Source: a virus
Lineage: Duplodnaviria; Caudoviricetes
IMG/VR virus record: IMGVR_UViG_2832949849_000001
Span: 16,597 to 80,596 of that record
Strand: one strand, 5' to 3'
DNA length: 64,000 nt
Part shown: in pieces, positions 56,099 through 64,000 of the stretch
Numbering within the stretch: position 1 is the first letter of the stretch
Layout of the letters: the number at the start of each line of letters is the position of its first letter
Notes under the pieces: generated by a model
Database searches by the model: none
Told to the model about the DNA's origin: nothing
The model's input: the letters and a program-made list of their open reading frames with translations, nothing else
Program-made: the position numbers and the translations under genes

Positions 56099-57052
56099 AT
56101 GAGCCAATTACAAACCACAGCAGACTTGCTGAAACCAGCCGCCAAAGCCAATACCTCAGTTGGCTTTTTTGATTTAGAGTCCTTTGAATTGACACAACGC
56201 ATGGCTGCATCTTTTGCCAGTTCATCCATTGTGCCTTTGCAATTTCAAAAGCGTAACAAAAGCGGCAAAGCCTCAGATACTGAAAATATGGAGGCTATTT
56301 CAAATTGCTGCATCGCCATTAATATGGCTGCTCGATTAAATGCAGACCCACTTATGGTAATGCAAAATTTATATATCGTTCATGGTAAACCAAGTTGGTC
56401 AAGTCAGTGGATTATCGCCACCATCAACCAATGCGGACGCTTCTCAACGTTAAAATATCGCATGATAGATAAAGGTGAAACTACCATTCAAGGAGTGAAA
56501 AATTTAGCTTGCGTGGCATACGCAGTCAGCTTGGACACTGGTGAAACAGTTGAATCCCCTGAGGTTTCTGTTCAAATGGCTATCGCTGAAAGCTGGTATG
56601 GTAAAAATGGTAGCAAATGGAAAACCATGCCTGAATTAATGCTGCGTTATCGAACAGCCAGCTTTTTTGGGAAATTATATGCTCCTGAGCTATTGATGGG
56701 TTTCCAAAGCACCGAAGAAGCCGAAGAAATGGCCTACATCGAAACCATGCCAACAGGTGAAGTGGTAGAAGAAACCACCAAAGTGACCAAAGGCAAGATG
56801 AAAAAAGCCGAAGCGGTGGCAGCAGAAACACCACCACAAGAAGCCTTGCCAACTCCAAGTCCAGAAGCTGAAGCTATTGCGCAACAAGTCGCCGCCGCAA
56901 GCATTCAGGACGCTTCTCAGGAAGCTGCTGCCGAATATGTGGACACGCAGACAGGCGAGGTTTTATACAACACTGGACCTTTATCCGAGCCCAATCAATA
57001 CCCTGTCAATCCTGATGAAGATGAAGATTTATTCGCAGGCACAGGCCTTTAA
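56099..57052 (+). CDS. RecT-like single-strand annealing protein
   Basis: DPLMVMQNLYIVHGKPSWSS and WKTMPELMLRYR motifs, acidic tail; adjacent to the exonuclease. Confidence 0.72.
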   Translation: MSQLQTTADLLKPAAKANTSVGFFDLESFELTQRMAASFASSSIVPLQFQKRNKSGKASDTENMEAISNCCIAINMAARLNADPLMVMQNLYIVHGKPSWSSQWIIATINQCGRFSTLKYRMIDKGETTIQGVKNLACVAYAVSLDTGETVESPEVSVQMAIAESWYGKNGSKWKTMPELMLRYRTASFFGKLYAPELLMGFQSTEEAEEMAYIETMPTGEVVEETTKVTKGKMKKAEAVAAETPPQEALPTPSPEAEAIAQQVAAASIQDASQEAAAEYVDTQTGEVLYNTGPLSEPNQYPVNPDEDEDLFAGTGL

Positions 57053-57102
57053 CCTTTAACCCAAGCCACCCACTGCGGTGGCTTTTTACTTGGAGCAAAA
57101 CC

Positions 57103-58242
57103 ATGAACACTGCCGTGATGCCGCAAGAGTCACAAGAAGCCACCGCAATCGCCCCCTTAGCCGCCATTCCTGCCAACAGCTTGGCATTTTTAAACCAAAT
57201 TGGCGTGATTGATGCGGCAGAAAGCACCGAAAACATTGAATTAAATTTGCATGAAATTGGCAAACCGATTTACTGGACCAAACGCCAAGTGCAAATGGCA
57301 TTGATTGATGGCGGCGAATCTATCACCAATTTGTACCAGCAAATTGACGATGAAGCCGAAGCAATTTTCCAAAATACCGATGCAAGCACCAAGAAAGGCT
57401 TGGCCGTGCTCAAAACATTGGCCGTTAATGTCACCAAGGCCAAGACAACAGTTGCCACAATTGAAGCCGAGATGAAAAAAGCCATTGATGTGGCCATGGA
57501 ATTGCCAACGCAAACCAAAAAAGCATTAATTGCCAGCAGCAAAGAAGCGCAAGCGGCTATTGATGTGGTACGCGATCGAGTACGCAAGCCTGTCACTTTG
57601 GCCGAAGAACACAAGAAAAAGCAGGATAAAGAAGCCGAAGCCTTGCTGGAAAAGCTTAAAGCGTTAACCAGTGTTGGTTATGACCCTATCAATCAAACCT
57701 ACACATCAAGTGCCGAATTACAGCAGCGCTTGGATGCATTGCCAAATATAGTCCCGCCCCAATTCAAGACCGAACCTAAAATTTTGGCCGCATACCAAGA
57801 TGCAGAGAAACGCCTGCCTGACATAATTGCCATTGCCCGAATGCAAGAGCGCAAAGACGCGGAAGCACAAGCCGCTATTGAAGCTGCTAAAAAAGCCGAA
57901 GCCAAAGCCGAGGCTATGAAAGAAGTCGTACAGGACGCTTTTAAAAGCGGGGCTGACATTGGTAATACTTATGGTGTGGCTGCCCAAGAAGCATTGAAAG
58001 AAGCTGCTCAGCCTGTTGTAGCAGAGCCAAGCCCGCCACAACCGCAACGCAGTGGCTTTACCTTAGATCAACGCAAAGCCATGGCAGGCGCATGGGTTTC
58101 CCATTTGCGTACAGTGTGCACAAAACATGGCTTCCATCCTGAGGAGCCTATCCCTGCTGAAATTTTGGCTGTTTTCAAAAGCTATTTCAATGATATCGGC
58201 AAAGGTGATGTACCTTATTTGGCCATTGAGTGGTCAGAATGA
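57103..58242 (+). CDS. Hypothetical coiled-coil phage protein
   Basis: 379-aa helical ORF. Confidence 0.6.
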   Translation: MNTAVMPQESQEATAIAPLAAIPANSLAFLNQIGVIDAAESTENIELNLHEIGKPIYWTKRQVQMALIDGGESITNLYQQIDDEAEAIFQNTDASTKKGLAVLKTLAVNVTKAKTTVATIEAEMKKAIDVAMELPTQTKKALIASSKEAQAAIDVVRDRVRKPVTLAEEHKKKQDKEAEALLEKLKALTSVGYDPINQTYTSSAELQQRLDALPNIVPPQFKTEPKILAAYQDAEKRLPDIIAIARMQERKDAEAQAAIEAAKKAEAKAEAMKEVVQDAFKSGADIGNTYGVAAQEALKEAAQPVVAEPSPPQPQRSGFTLDQRKAMAGAWVSHLRTVCTKHGFHPEEPIPAEILAVFKSYFNDIGKGDVPYLAIEWSE

Positions 58243-58797
58243 GCGCTACAGATACGCAAATTTTTTGCACCAAATGCCAAACAGCAAAATCACCATCTCA
58301 GTTTTCACGTTCATTAATCAGGGCAAATCAAAAAGGCATGTGTAAAGCATGTGCAAAACAACGCCAACAGCGGTTTTATCATGAAGTATGGATTAGCCCA
58401 CTTATGAGTAATGACCCATTGATTGACCTTCTAGCAGCCCTCAACCCAAGGAATCAAAGCCATGGCATCTAAATACACCAATCTCATTGCTGACATGCGC
58501 CATGTGGCCATACAACTGTCTGAAATGCCTGAACAGGAATTTGTGAGTTTTCCAAGCAAGTTTTGGGTTTGTTCGATGATCCAATTACCCCTAATGTTTT
58601 AATCGCACAGGTTAATTCCGGCGATATAAAAGCACAAAAAATTGCAACGATAGTAACTGTTTTATCTGCAATTTCGGCTAATTTTCTTCATCAACATCAA
58701 CCGTCAAAACCCGTTCCCATTTCACAAAAACAATTGCCATTTCTTAACTAACGACACCAGCCGCATACCGATGCGGCTTTTTATTTTGGAGAAAAGA

Positions 58798-59043
58798 ATG
58801 CTAAAAACCAAACAATACACTGGAGCGCAGTTGATTGAATTGCGCAAACGTTTGCGACTGAATCAGCAACAATTTTGGGCTGAGGTCGGCGTCACCCAAT
58901 CAGGTGGCTCTCGTTACGAATCAGGCCGCAAGATGCCTAAGCCTGTCACCAAATTGATTGAATTGGTGCATGAGTGTCAATTGGACATTTCTACTACCAA
59001 GGCTTGTAAGGCATTGGCCAAAGCGGCAAAAGGAATCGCATGA
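58798..59043 (+). CDS. XRE HTH regulator
   Basis: LNQQQFWAEVGVTQSGGSRYESGRKMPKPV. Confidence 0.8.
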   Translation: MLKTKQYTGAQLIELRKRLRLNQQQFWAEVGVTQSGGSRYESGRKMPKPVTKLIELVHECQLDISTTKACKALAKAAKGIA

Positions 59044-59411
59044 ACCTCACATTCACCAGCAAAGATTACACCAACCTTGAGTTGGTGATGATGCGACGCA
59101 AGCTTGGTTTAAGTGTGGCTGAGTTTTGGGGTGCGATTGGCTTACCCAAAGACATTGGTGATGCTTATGAAGCAGGTGAGCCATTACCACCACCTTTGCC
59201 GCCCTTGCCTGCTCTAGTTTGTGTGGCCATTGAATTGGTACATGAGCTTGATTGCGACATCAGCACCCCTGAAAACCGCTTGCGTCTTGCATCCATTGTC
59301 CATCGTGACCAATACCTTCAAGATTTGGAAAATTATGAACGAAAAACTCAATCGTCAAATTCTCAATGTTTTAGAACTTACAGGCGCCAGTACTGCCGAT
59401 CAATTGCATGA
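59040..59411 (+). CDS. Divergent paralogue of the upstream HTH gene (3' end uncertain)
   Basis: RRKLGLS..EFW..IG...YEAG...IELVHE...DIST shared with the upstream gene. Confidence 0.6.
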   Translation: MNLTFTSKDYTNLELVMMRRKLGLSVAEFWGAIGLPKDIGDAYEAGEPLPPPLPPLPALVCVAIELVHELDCDISTPENRLRLASIVHRDQYLQDLENYERKTQSSNSQCFRTYRRQYCRSIA

Positions 59412-59951
59412 ATGCTTAAAACAGTCACGCAAAGCCACTATGGATGCATTAGAGGCTTTGGAACACATTGGCGCCATCACCCGAGAATTTGATGCTGGCT
59501 TAAATTGTTCGGTTTTTTCATTGCCGACAAAACACTTACAGCAGAGCCAGCACCTGCCAAGGCCCCACAAAAGCAATCCCCAAATCAGCCTCCTGTCACC
59601 GCACAAACAGGCAAGCCCAAACGAGGCCGCCAAGCCAAGCGAGCTGCACCCGATGAGTCGGTTGCGGCGGCGCCTGTGTTTGAGCTTGCCCCTATGGTTG
59701 AGCCTGTACCTGTGGTTGAGCCAAAAATAGATGAGCCTGCCGTGGCCGCTGAAATGGATACACCACCCTCTGCCATCACCGCCAAGGCTGCATTGCGGTC
59801 AAAGCCATACACGCCAAACCCCACACGCGGCTATGAGGCCAAAAAAGGTTACGTCAAAATCTTCTTGGAGCGACGTGCGTGCAGCCGAACATTGACTTTG
59901 ACCGTGGACGACTTGAAAGAACTGTTGCGAGCGGTTGAAAAAGCGGCTTAA
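59335..59951 (+). CDS. wHTH protein with Pro/Ala-rich linker (frameshifted)
   Basis: ORFs 59221-59730 and 59505-59951 join at a T-run. Confidence 0.45.
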
Positions 59952-60009
59952 TGAGAACGAAATTTTTCATTACCAATCCCCAATAACGAAAGTCAAGGAA
60001 TCGGATGAC

Positions 60010-60351
60010 ATGAAAAAGGCAAAAAAAGCCAAGTACAAATACATCCCATCAAGCGTCCACAAAGCTGCTGATGGCGTAACAGATATTCATGTACTACATC
60101 ACTTTAGTATCAGGGAAGATACTCTCACATGGCTCTTTAATGCAGCCATTTACGGCTTGTGTCGCATGCTACAAGAAGATAAGCCTGAGTCACTTGATAT
60201 TGCCGAAACTTGGGATGTGGGCATCCAAGGTGCGCTGCTTGATTTTAAAACAATCCCTGATGCAACACCTGAGCTGCTTGAGTTTGTAGAGACCGCCCGC
60301 CAATTTCGACAAGAGGCGATTTTATCAACCAGTATGCCAAATAACGCATAG
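60010..60351 (+). CDS. Hypothetical phage protein
   Basis: ORF in the early operon; start uncertain. Confidence 0.5.
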   Translation: MKKAKKAKYKYIPSSVHKAADGVTDIHVLHHFSIREDTLTWLFNAAIYGLCRMLQEDKPESLDIAETWDVGIQGALLDFKTIPDATPELLEFVETARQFRQEAILSTSMPNNA

Positions 60352-60366
60352 CCTGAAAGAGTCAAG

Positions 60367-60933
60367 ATGGAATCAATTTTAAATAAGATTGAACGAGCAA
60401 TGCCTGATGCAGCTCAGAAAATCACACCCAAACAGACCAATTGTAAAGAAATAAATGATGCAATCGCAAATGTTATGCGAGTGTTTTTGCGAAGCCTTCT
60501 GGCGGCGGCTAGAAAAGGGGAAAAACACCCATCCTTTAATGACTATGCTGCCGCTCTTAGTCCTGATTTTGCTCACAAATCGCTTATGATGGCGCGCCAT
60601 TTTGGATTGTTTCCAAAATATAGCGAATCGAAAGCTGAGAAATTTGGGATTGATTGGGGCTGCTCTTTTACAAATCAAAACGGTTGTCATTACTCGCCAA
60701 GCCACAAAAAGCCAGTTCACAAAGGACAGTACAGAGAAATCTTTGGAACACTTGACAGGTCAATGAAGTTTATTTTGACTGAATGCCTTGAGCATGAGCA
60801 GTCTTTGGAAGAAATCTTATTGGGCAATATCTCAGGCTACATGCCTGATTGGAGCGAATCCAAAGTTAAGGATGCATGCCAAAAATATCTGCAAGTAATT
60901 ACATCTCAAATACCTCAAAAACATGGTATTTGA
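60367..60933 (+). CDS. Hypothetical protein
   Basis: 188-aa ORF. Confidence 0.5.
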   Translation: MESILNKIERAMPDAAQKITPKQTNCKEINDAIANVMRVFLRSLLAAARKGEKHPSFNDYAAALSPDFAHKSLMMARHFGLFPKYSESKAEKFGIDWGCSFTNQNGCHYSPSHKKPVHKGQYREIFGTLDRSMKFILTECLEHEQSLEEILLGNISGYMPDWSESKVKDACQKYLQVITSQIPQKHGI

Positions 60934-61026
60934 AACGCATAAGAAAATCGCCAGCTTGTCACCATCCATTTTCAAGAACGAAAGTCATCACTTGGCTTTC
61001 GTTTTCTTTTTTTACAGGACGCTTAT

Positions 61027-61908
61027 ATGTGGATCAAACAATTATCCATTTTTGTATTACCAAACCCCATCTGCATTGATTCCGAAACTTTGGCTAATGC
61101 AGTTTTTAAACCTTGCCCAAGCTTAAGTTGGTCAAGCTCAGGCTTTCACCAAGCCATGCCATTCAGTGACAGCTTGGTTTTTGATGCTGCTCAAAGTCGC
61201 AAAATTTGCTTGCGTACGGACACTAAAATTCTACCCGCTTCGGTCATTCGTGATGCTTTAAATGCAAAAGTGATTGAAACTCAACAAAGTGAAGAGCGAA
61301 AAATCGGACGCAAAGAGCGTTTGGAGTTGAAAGAACAAATCACAGATAGCTTATTGGCCAAAGCGTTTGTAAAGTCCACCCACCAATGTGCTTACTTCAT
61401 TGATGGTTTGATTTTGGTCGATTCTGCCAATTCCAACAAGGCTGAAAACCTCATCACCGAATTACGCCAAGCTTTAGGCGGCTTGGCTGCTGTATTACCT
61501 AAAACAGCCCACGCACCTAGCCAAATCATGACCAATTGGCTATTGGCTGGCGAAGCTGTGGGCAATTTTGAGCTCGATAGCGACTGTGAATTGGTCAGCG
61601 TCGGTGAGAAAGCTGCCATTATCAAAGCCAAGCGCCAAGATTTGACTGCAGAAGAAATACGTCACCATTTGGAATCTGGCAAAATTTGTACCCAATTGGG
61701 CTTGGTTTGGAACGAACAAATCCGCTTTGTTTTAAATGATGATTTAAGCCTCAGCCGCATTCAATACTTGGACATGTTGCAAGAAGAAGCCGCCAATGAA
61801 GGTGATGATTTAGAAAACCTGATGACGGCCACCCAAATCATCATGACTCAAAACTTGTCTTTGCTGATTCATGAATTGGTTGAGTGTTTGGGCGGTTTTC
61901 TATTTTGA
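61027..61908 (+). CDS. rdgC: Recombination-associated protein RdgC (phage copy)
   Basis: KILPASVI, LKEQITDSLLAKAF and HLESGKICTQLGLVW motifs. Confidence 0.93.
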   Translation: MWIKQLSIFVLPNPICIDSETLANAVFKPCPSLSWSSSGFHQAMPFSDSLVFDAAQSRKICLRTDTKILPASVIRDALNAKVIETQQSEERKIGRKERLELKEQITDSLLAKAFVKSTHQCAYFIDGLILVDSANSNKAENLITELRQALGGLAAVLPKTAHAPSQIMTNWLLAGEAVGNFELDSDCELVSVGEKAAIIKAKRQDLTAEEIRHHLESGKICTQLGLVWNEQIRFVLNDDLSLSRIQYLDMLQEEAANEGDDLENLMTATQIIMTQNLSLLIHELVECLGGFLF

Positions 61909-62196
61909 ACAGTACAAGGAAGTTAAATGAAAAAATATTTTCATACGATGCTTATTGCAATGATGTGCATTTTTCGATACGTTAGAAGAAGCCAAGCAGC
62001 ACCACATCGGTAATTGTGAAGAATTTTATGATTACTTTGCCGATTCAGGGGGTAGCGCTGAACATTATGTAGATGGTCTTGAAAGTGGATTTTATGGCGA
62101 AGTACGAGGCTATTCAACTTGCGAACGCCGCAAGCCAACACAGGCTGAATGTGATGAAGTTGACCGTGATTTGAGGTTTATGTTGAACCGCCAGTA

Positions 62197-62400
62197 TTGA
62201 CTGAATCAGTCAGCGCATGGATTCCATGCAGCGAGCGGATGCCTGAGCAAAGCGGTTACTATCTTGTAAGTGTGATGGATATTAGCTCGCAAGATGTATA
62301 TCAGAGTGTCTCTTATTGCATAGCAGGTTGCAGGTTTTCGTCTTCATTTAATGAACGAGTAACCCACTGGATGCCACTGCCTACCCCACCGCAAGACTGA
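62197..62400 (+). CDS. DUF551 protein
   Basis: WIPCSERMPE...VTHWMPLP. Confidence 0.8.
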   Translation: MTESVSAWIPCSERMPEQSGYYLVSVMDISSQDVYQSVSYCIAGCRFSSSFNERVTHWMPLPTPPQD

Positions 62401-62746
62401 TGCCACCCTCGCGAATGAGGGTACCAACATACAGGCCGCTTATGCGGTATTTTTTGGAGAAAATATGAGCAAGAGAACATTCATTGCCTTGGCGCTTGCA
62501 GTATTAGCAGGCGCAAACATGGGTGCAAATCAGCACTACATCACACCTAAGCGTTTCAAGCATCAAAACACATACTATCAGCGATTAAACAAAGCAAACT
62601 ATCGCAACCAACGTAAACGCAAATAACCCACCGAATTGGTGGGTATTTTTTGAAAAAAACATTTGCACGAAAGCCAAGCAAAAAGAATTATGATTTTAGA
62701 CCCAAACGGCCTGTAAGTTACAGGCCATTTTTTATGGAATGAGAAA

Positions 62747-62935
62747 ATGAACATTGACCCATTACTCACAAAAAAAGAAGTGTTACAATTGACCAAAATG
62801 TCAGACACTACCCTTTGGCGCTTGCGCCGCAACGGTGATTTTCCTAATCCTGTCAAAACAAGCACGAATAGCATCCGCTGGCACCAGTCATCAATCCACA
62901 AATATCTCGAAAATCTCAAGCAGCAAAATCAATAG
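62747..62935 (+). CDS. AlpA-family regulator / excisionase
   Basis: LLTKKEV...SDTTLWRL...GDFPNPV...IRW; adjacent to att. Confidence 0.88.
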   Translation: MNIDPLLTKKEVLQLTKMSDTTLWRLRRNGDFPNPVKTSTNSIRWHQSSIHKYLENLKQQNQ

Positions 62936-63013
62936 ACGGTAAGTTAGTCGGTAAAATAAAATCAAAAACTCGTTTTAATCAATAAAATCAACCCTCTTTC
63001 AAACATATCAATA

Positions 63014-63028
63014 ATTGAGTGGGAGTGA
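63014..63028 (+). other. Putative attR, a duplicate of the guaA 3' end
   Basis: ATT GAG TGG GAG TGA encodes I-E-W-E-stop, the conserved GuaA C-terminus; preceded by arm-like repeats GACGGTAA/GTCGGTAA (62936-62954). Confidence 0.75.
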
Positions 63029-63073
63029 TTGAAAGTTATTTCATAACGCTTCATATCACACCCAAAAACTAAT

Positions 63074-63098
63074 AAAGCCCCGATTATTCGGGGCTTTT
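63074..63098 (+). terminator. Intrinsic terminator after att (probably the original guaA terminator)
   Basis: AAAGCCCCGA TTAT TCGGGGCTTTT. Confidence 0.7.
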
Positions 63099-63147
63099 CT
63101 TGTCTCTACTTCTCATATTTTCTGATTCAATATCACTTGAAACACAG

Positions 63148-64000
63148 GGTAATCCTCCCATTTTTAATGGACAGAATCAGTAGAATCAAATGTTCATCAA
63201 TGGCGGCTTACCACCGTTGGCTTGATGAGGCCTTTCATGATTATAGAACCACAACCAACGGGTGGCATAATCCTGAATATCATTTAAGTTGTTAAACAAA
63301 TATTGATTCAACAATCCATACCTTACAGTGCGGTTGTAACGCTCAATATAAGCGTTTTGTTACGGTTTACCAGGTTGGATGTATTCAATCCTGATGCCTT
63401 TTTGTACGGCCCAATTTTGAAATTCATGACTGGTAAATTCTGGACCATTGTCACAACGTATGGTATTGGGTGGCAATCTATATTCCAAGATTTGATTCAA
63501 AGTCCGAATCACACGGCTGGCAGGTAAGGATAAATCCGCTTCCATTGCCAAACCTTCACGTTGTAATCATCAATCACATTCAACAATCGATAGCTTTGGC
63601 CATCGCTCATTTGGTCATACATGAAATCCAAAGACCAAATGTCATTGGTATGCTCAGGCTCTTTTAAGACTTCTGGTACAGGACGCTTAATGCGGCGTTT
63701 AGGTTTAATTCTCAGATTCAATGCCAATTCACAGTAAATGCGATAAACGCGTTTGTGATTGAATTGAAAGCCTTTTACATTACGAATATAGGCAAAGCAC
63801 AAACCAAACCCCCAATCTTTATGTTCATTGGTGAGCTTGATAAGCCAATCGGCAATCAATGAATTGCCATCTTCACTTTGGTGCTGATAACGATAACATG
63901 TTTCGCTGATTTGAAAAGCATCACAGGCAAAACGTATGCTAACAGCCTTTTGTGTGACTGCCTCATACGCCATCTTTTTACGCAAAGATGGCTTTACCAC
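63148..64000 (-). mobile_element. IS3-family element, OrfB disrupted (partial; end approximate)
   Basis: NHKRVYRIY, WSLDF, DNGPEF, PGKP*QNAYIERYN and YNHERPH motifs; frameshift near 63555 and in-frame TAA at 63360-63362. Confidence 0.85.

Larger units (their letters stand above)
1..63028. mobile_element. Integrated prophage (P1-like structural genes, lambdoid early genes); left end lies outside the window
   Basis: Continuous phage gene content from prohead protease to AlpA, ending at a guaA-like att core. Confidence 0.9.

Overview
Almost the whole window (1 to about 63030) is the right-hand part of one integrated prophage, probably in a Neisseriaceae/Betaproteobacterial host (host assignment is inferred). 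The phage is a mosaic. It has P1-like virion genes (Pro, Prt, BplA, PmgA, BplB, Tub, PmgG, sheath, major capsid, PacA/PacB, Hdf-DarA-DdrB) and a lambdoid early region (CI/Cro with 17-bp operators, CII, initiator with iterons, DnaC, exonuclease/RecT, RdgC, AlpA). It ends at a guaA-type att site (ATTGAGTGGGAGTGA, 63014-63028), followed by a degenerate IS3. Cargo includes an orphan type I-F CRISPR array (7 repeats, 6 spacers, full leader, no cas genes in the window), a type I R-M locus whose HsdS has two paralogous TRDs, a C5-MTase/HpaII-family pair, a Tad1-like anti-defence sponge, a C4-RNA-controlled antirepressor, cspA, an MliC-like lipoprotein, a YkvI-like transporter, an IS5 and a MITE. Two sequence-level patterns stand out. 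One is a late-promoter motif, AGGGAACGC-N26-(-10 box), overlapped with terminators. The other is a strongly over-represented (AA)GCGTCCTGTA motif that behaves like a DNA-uptake sequence. More than 20 frameshifts, many at homopolymer runs, look like assembly errors rather than decay. All homology calls come from recalled motifs, not database searches.
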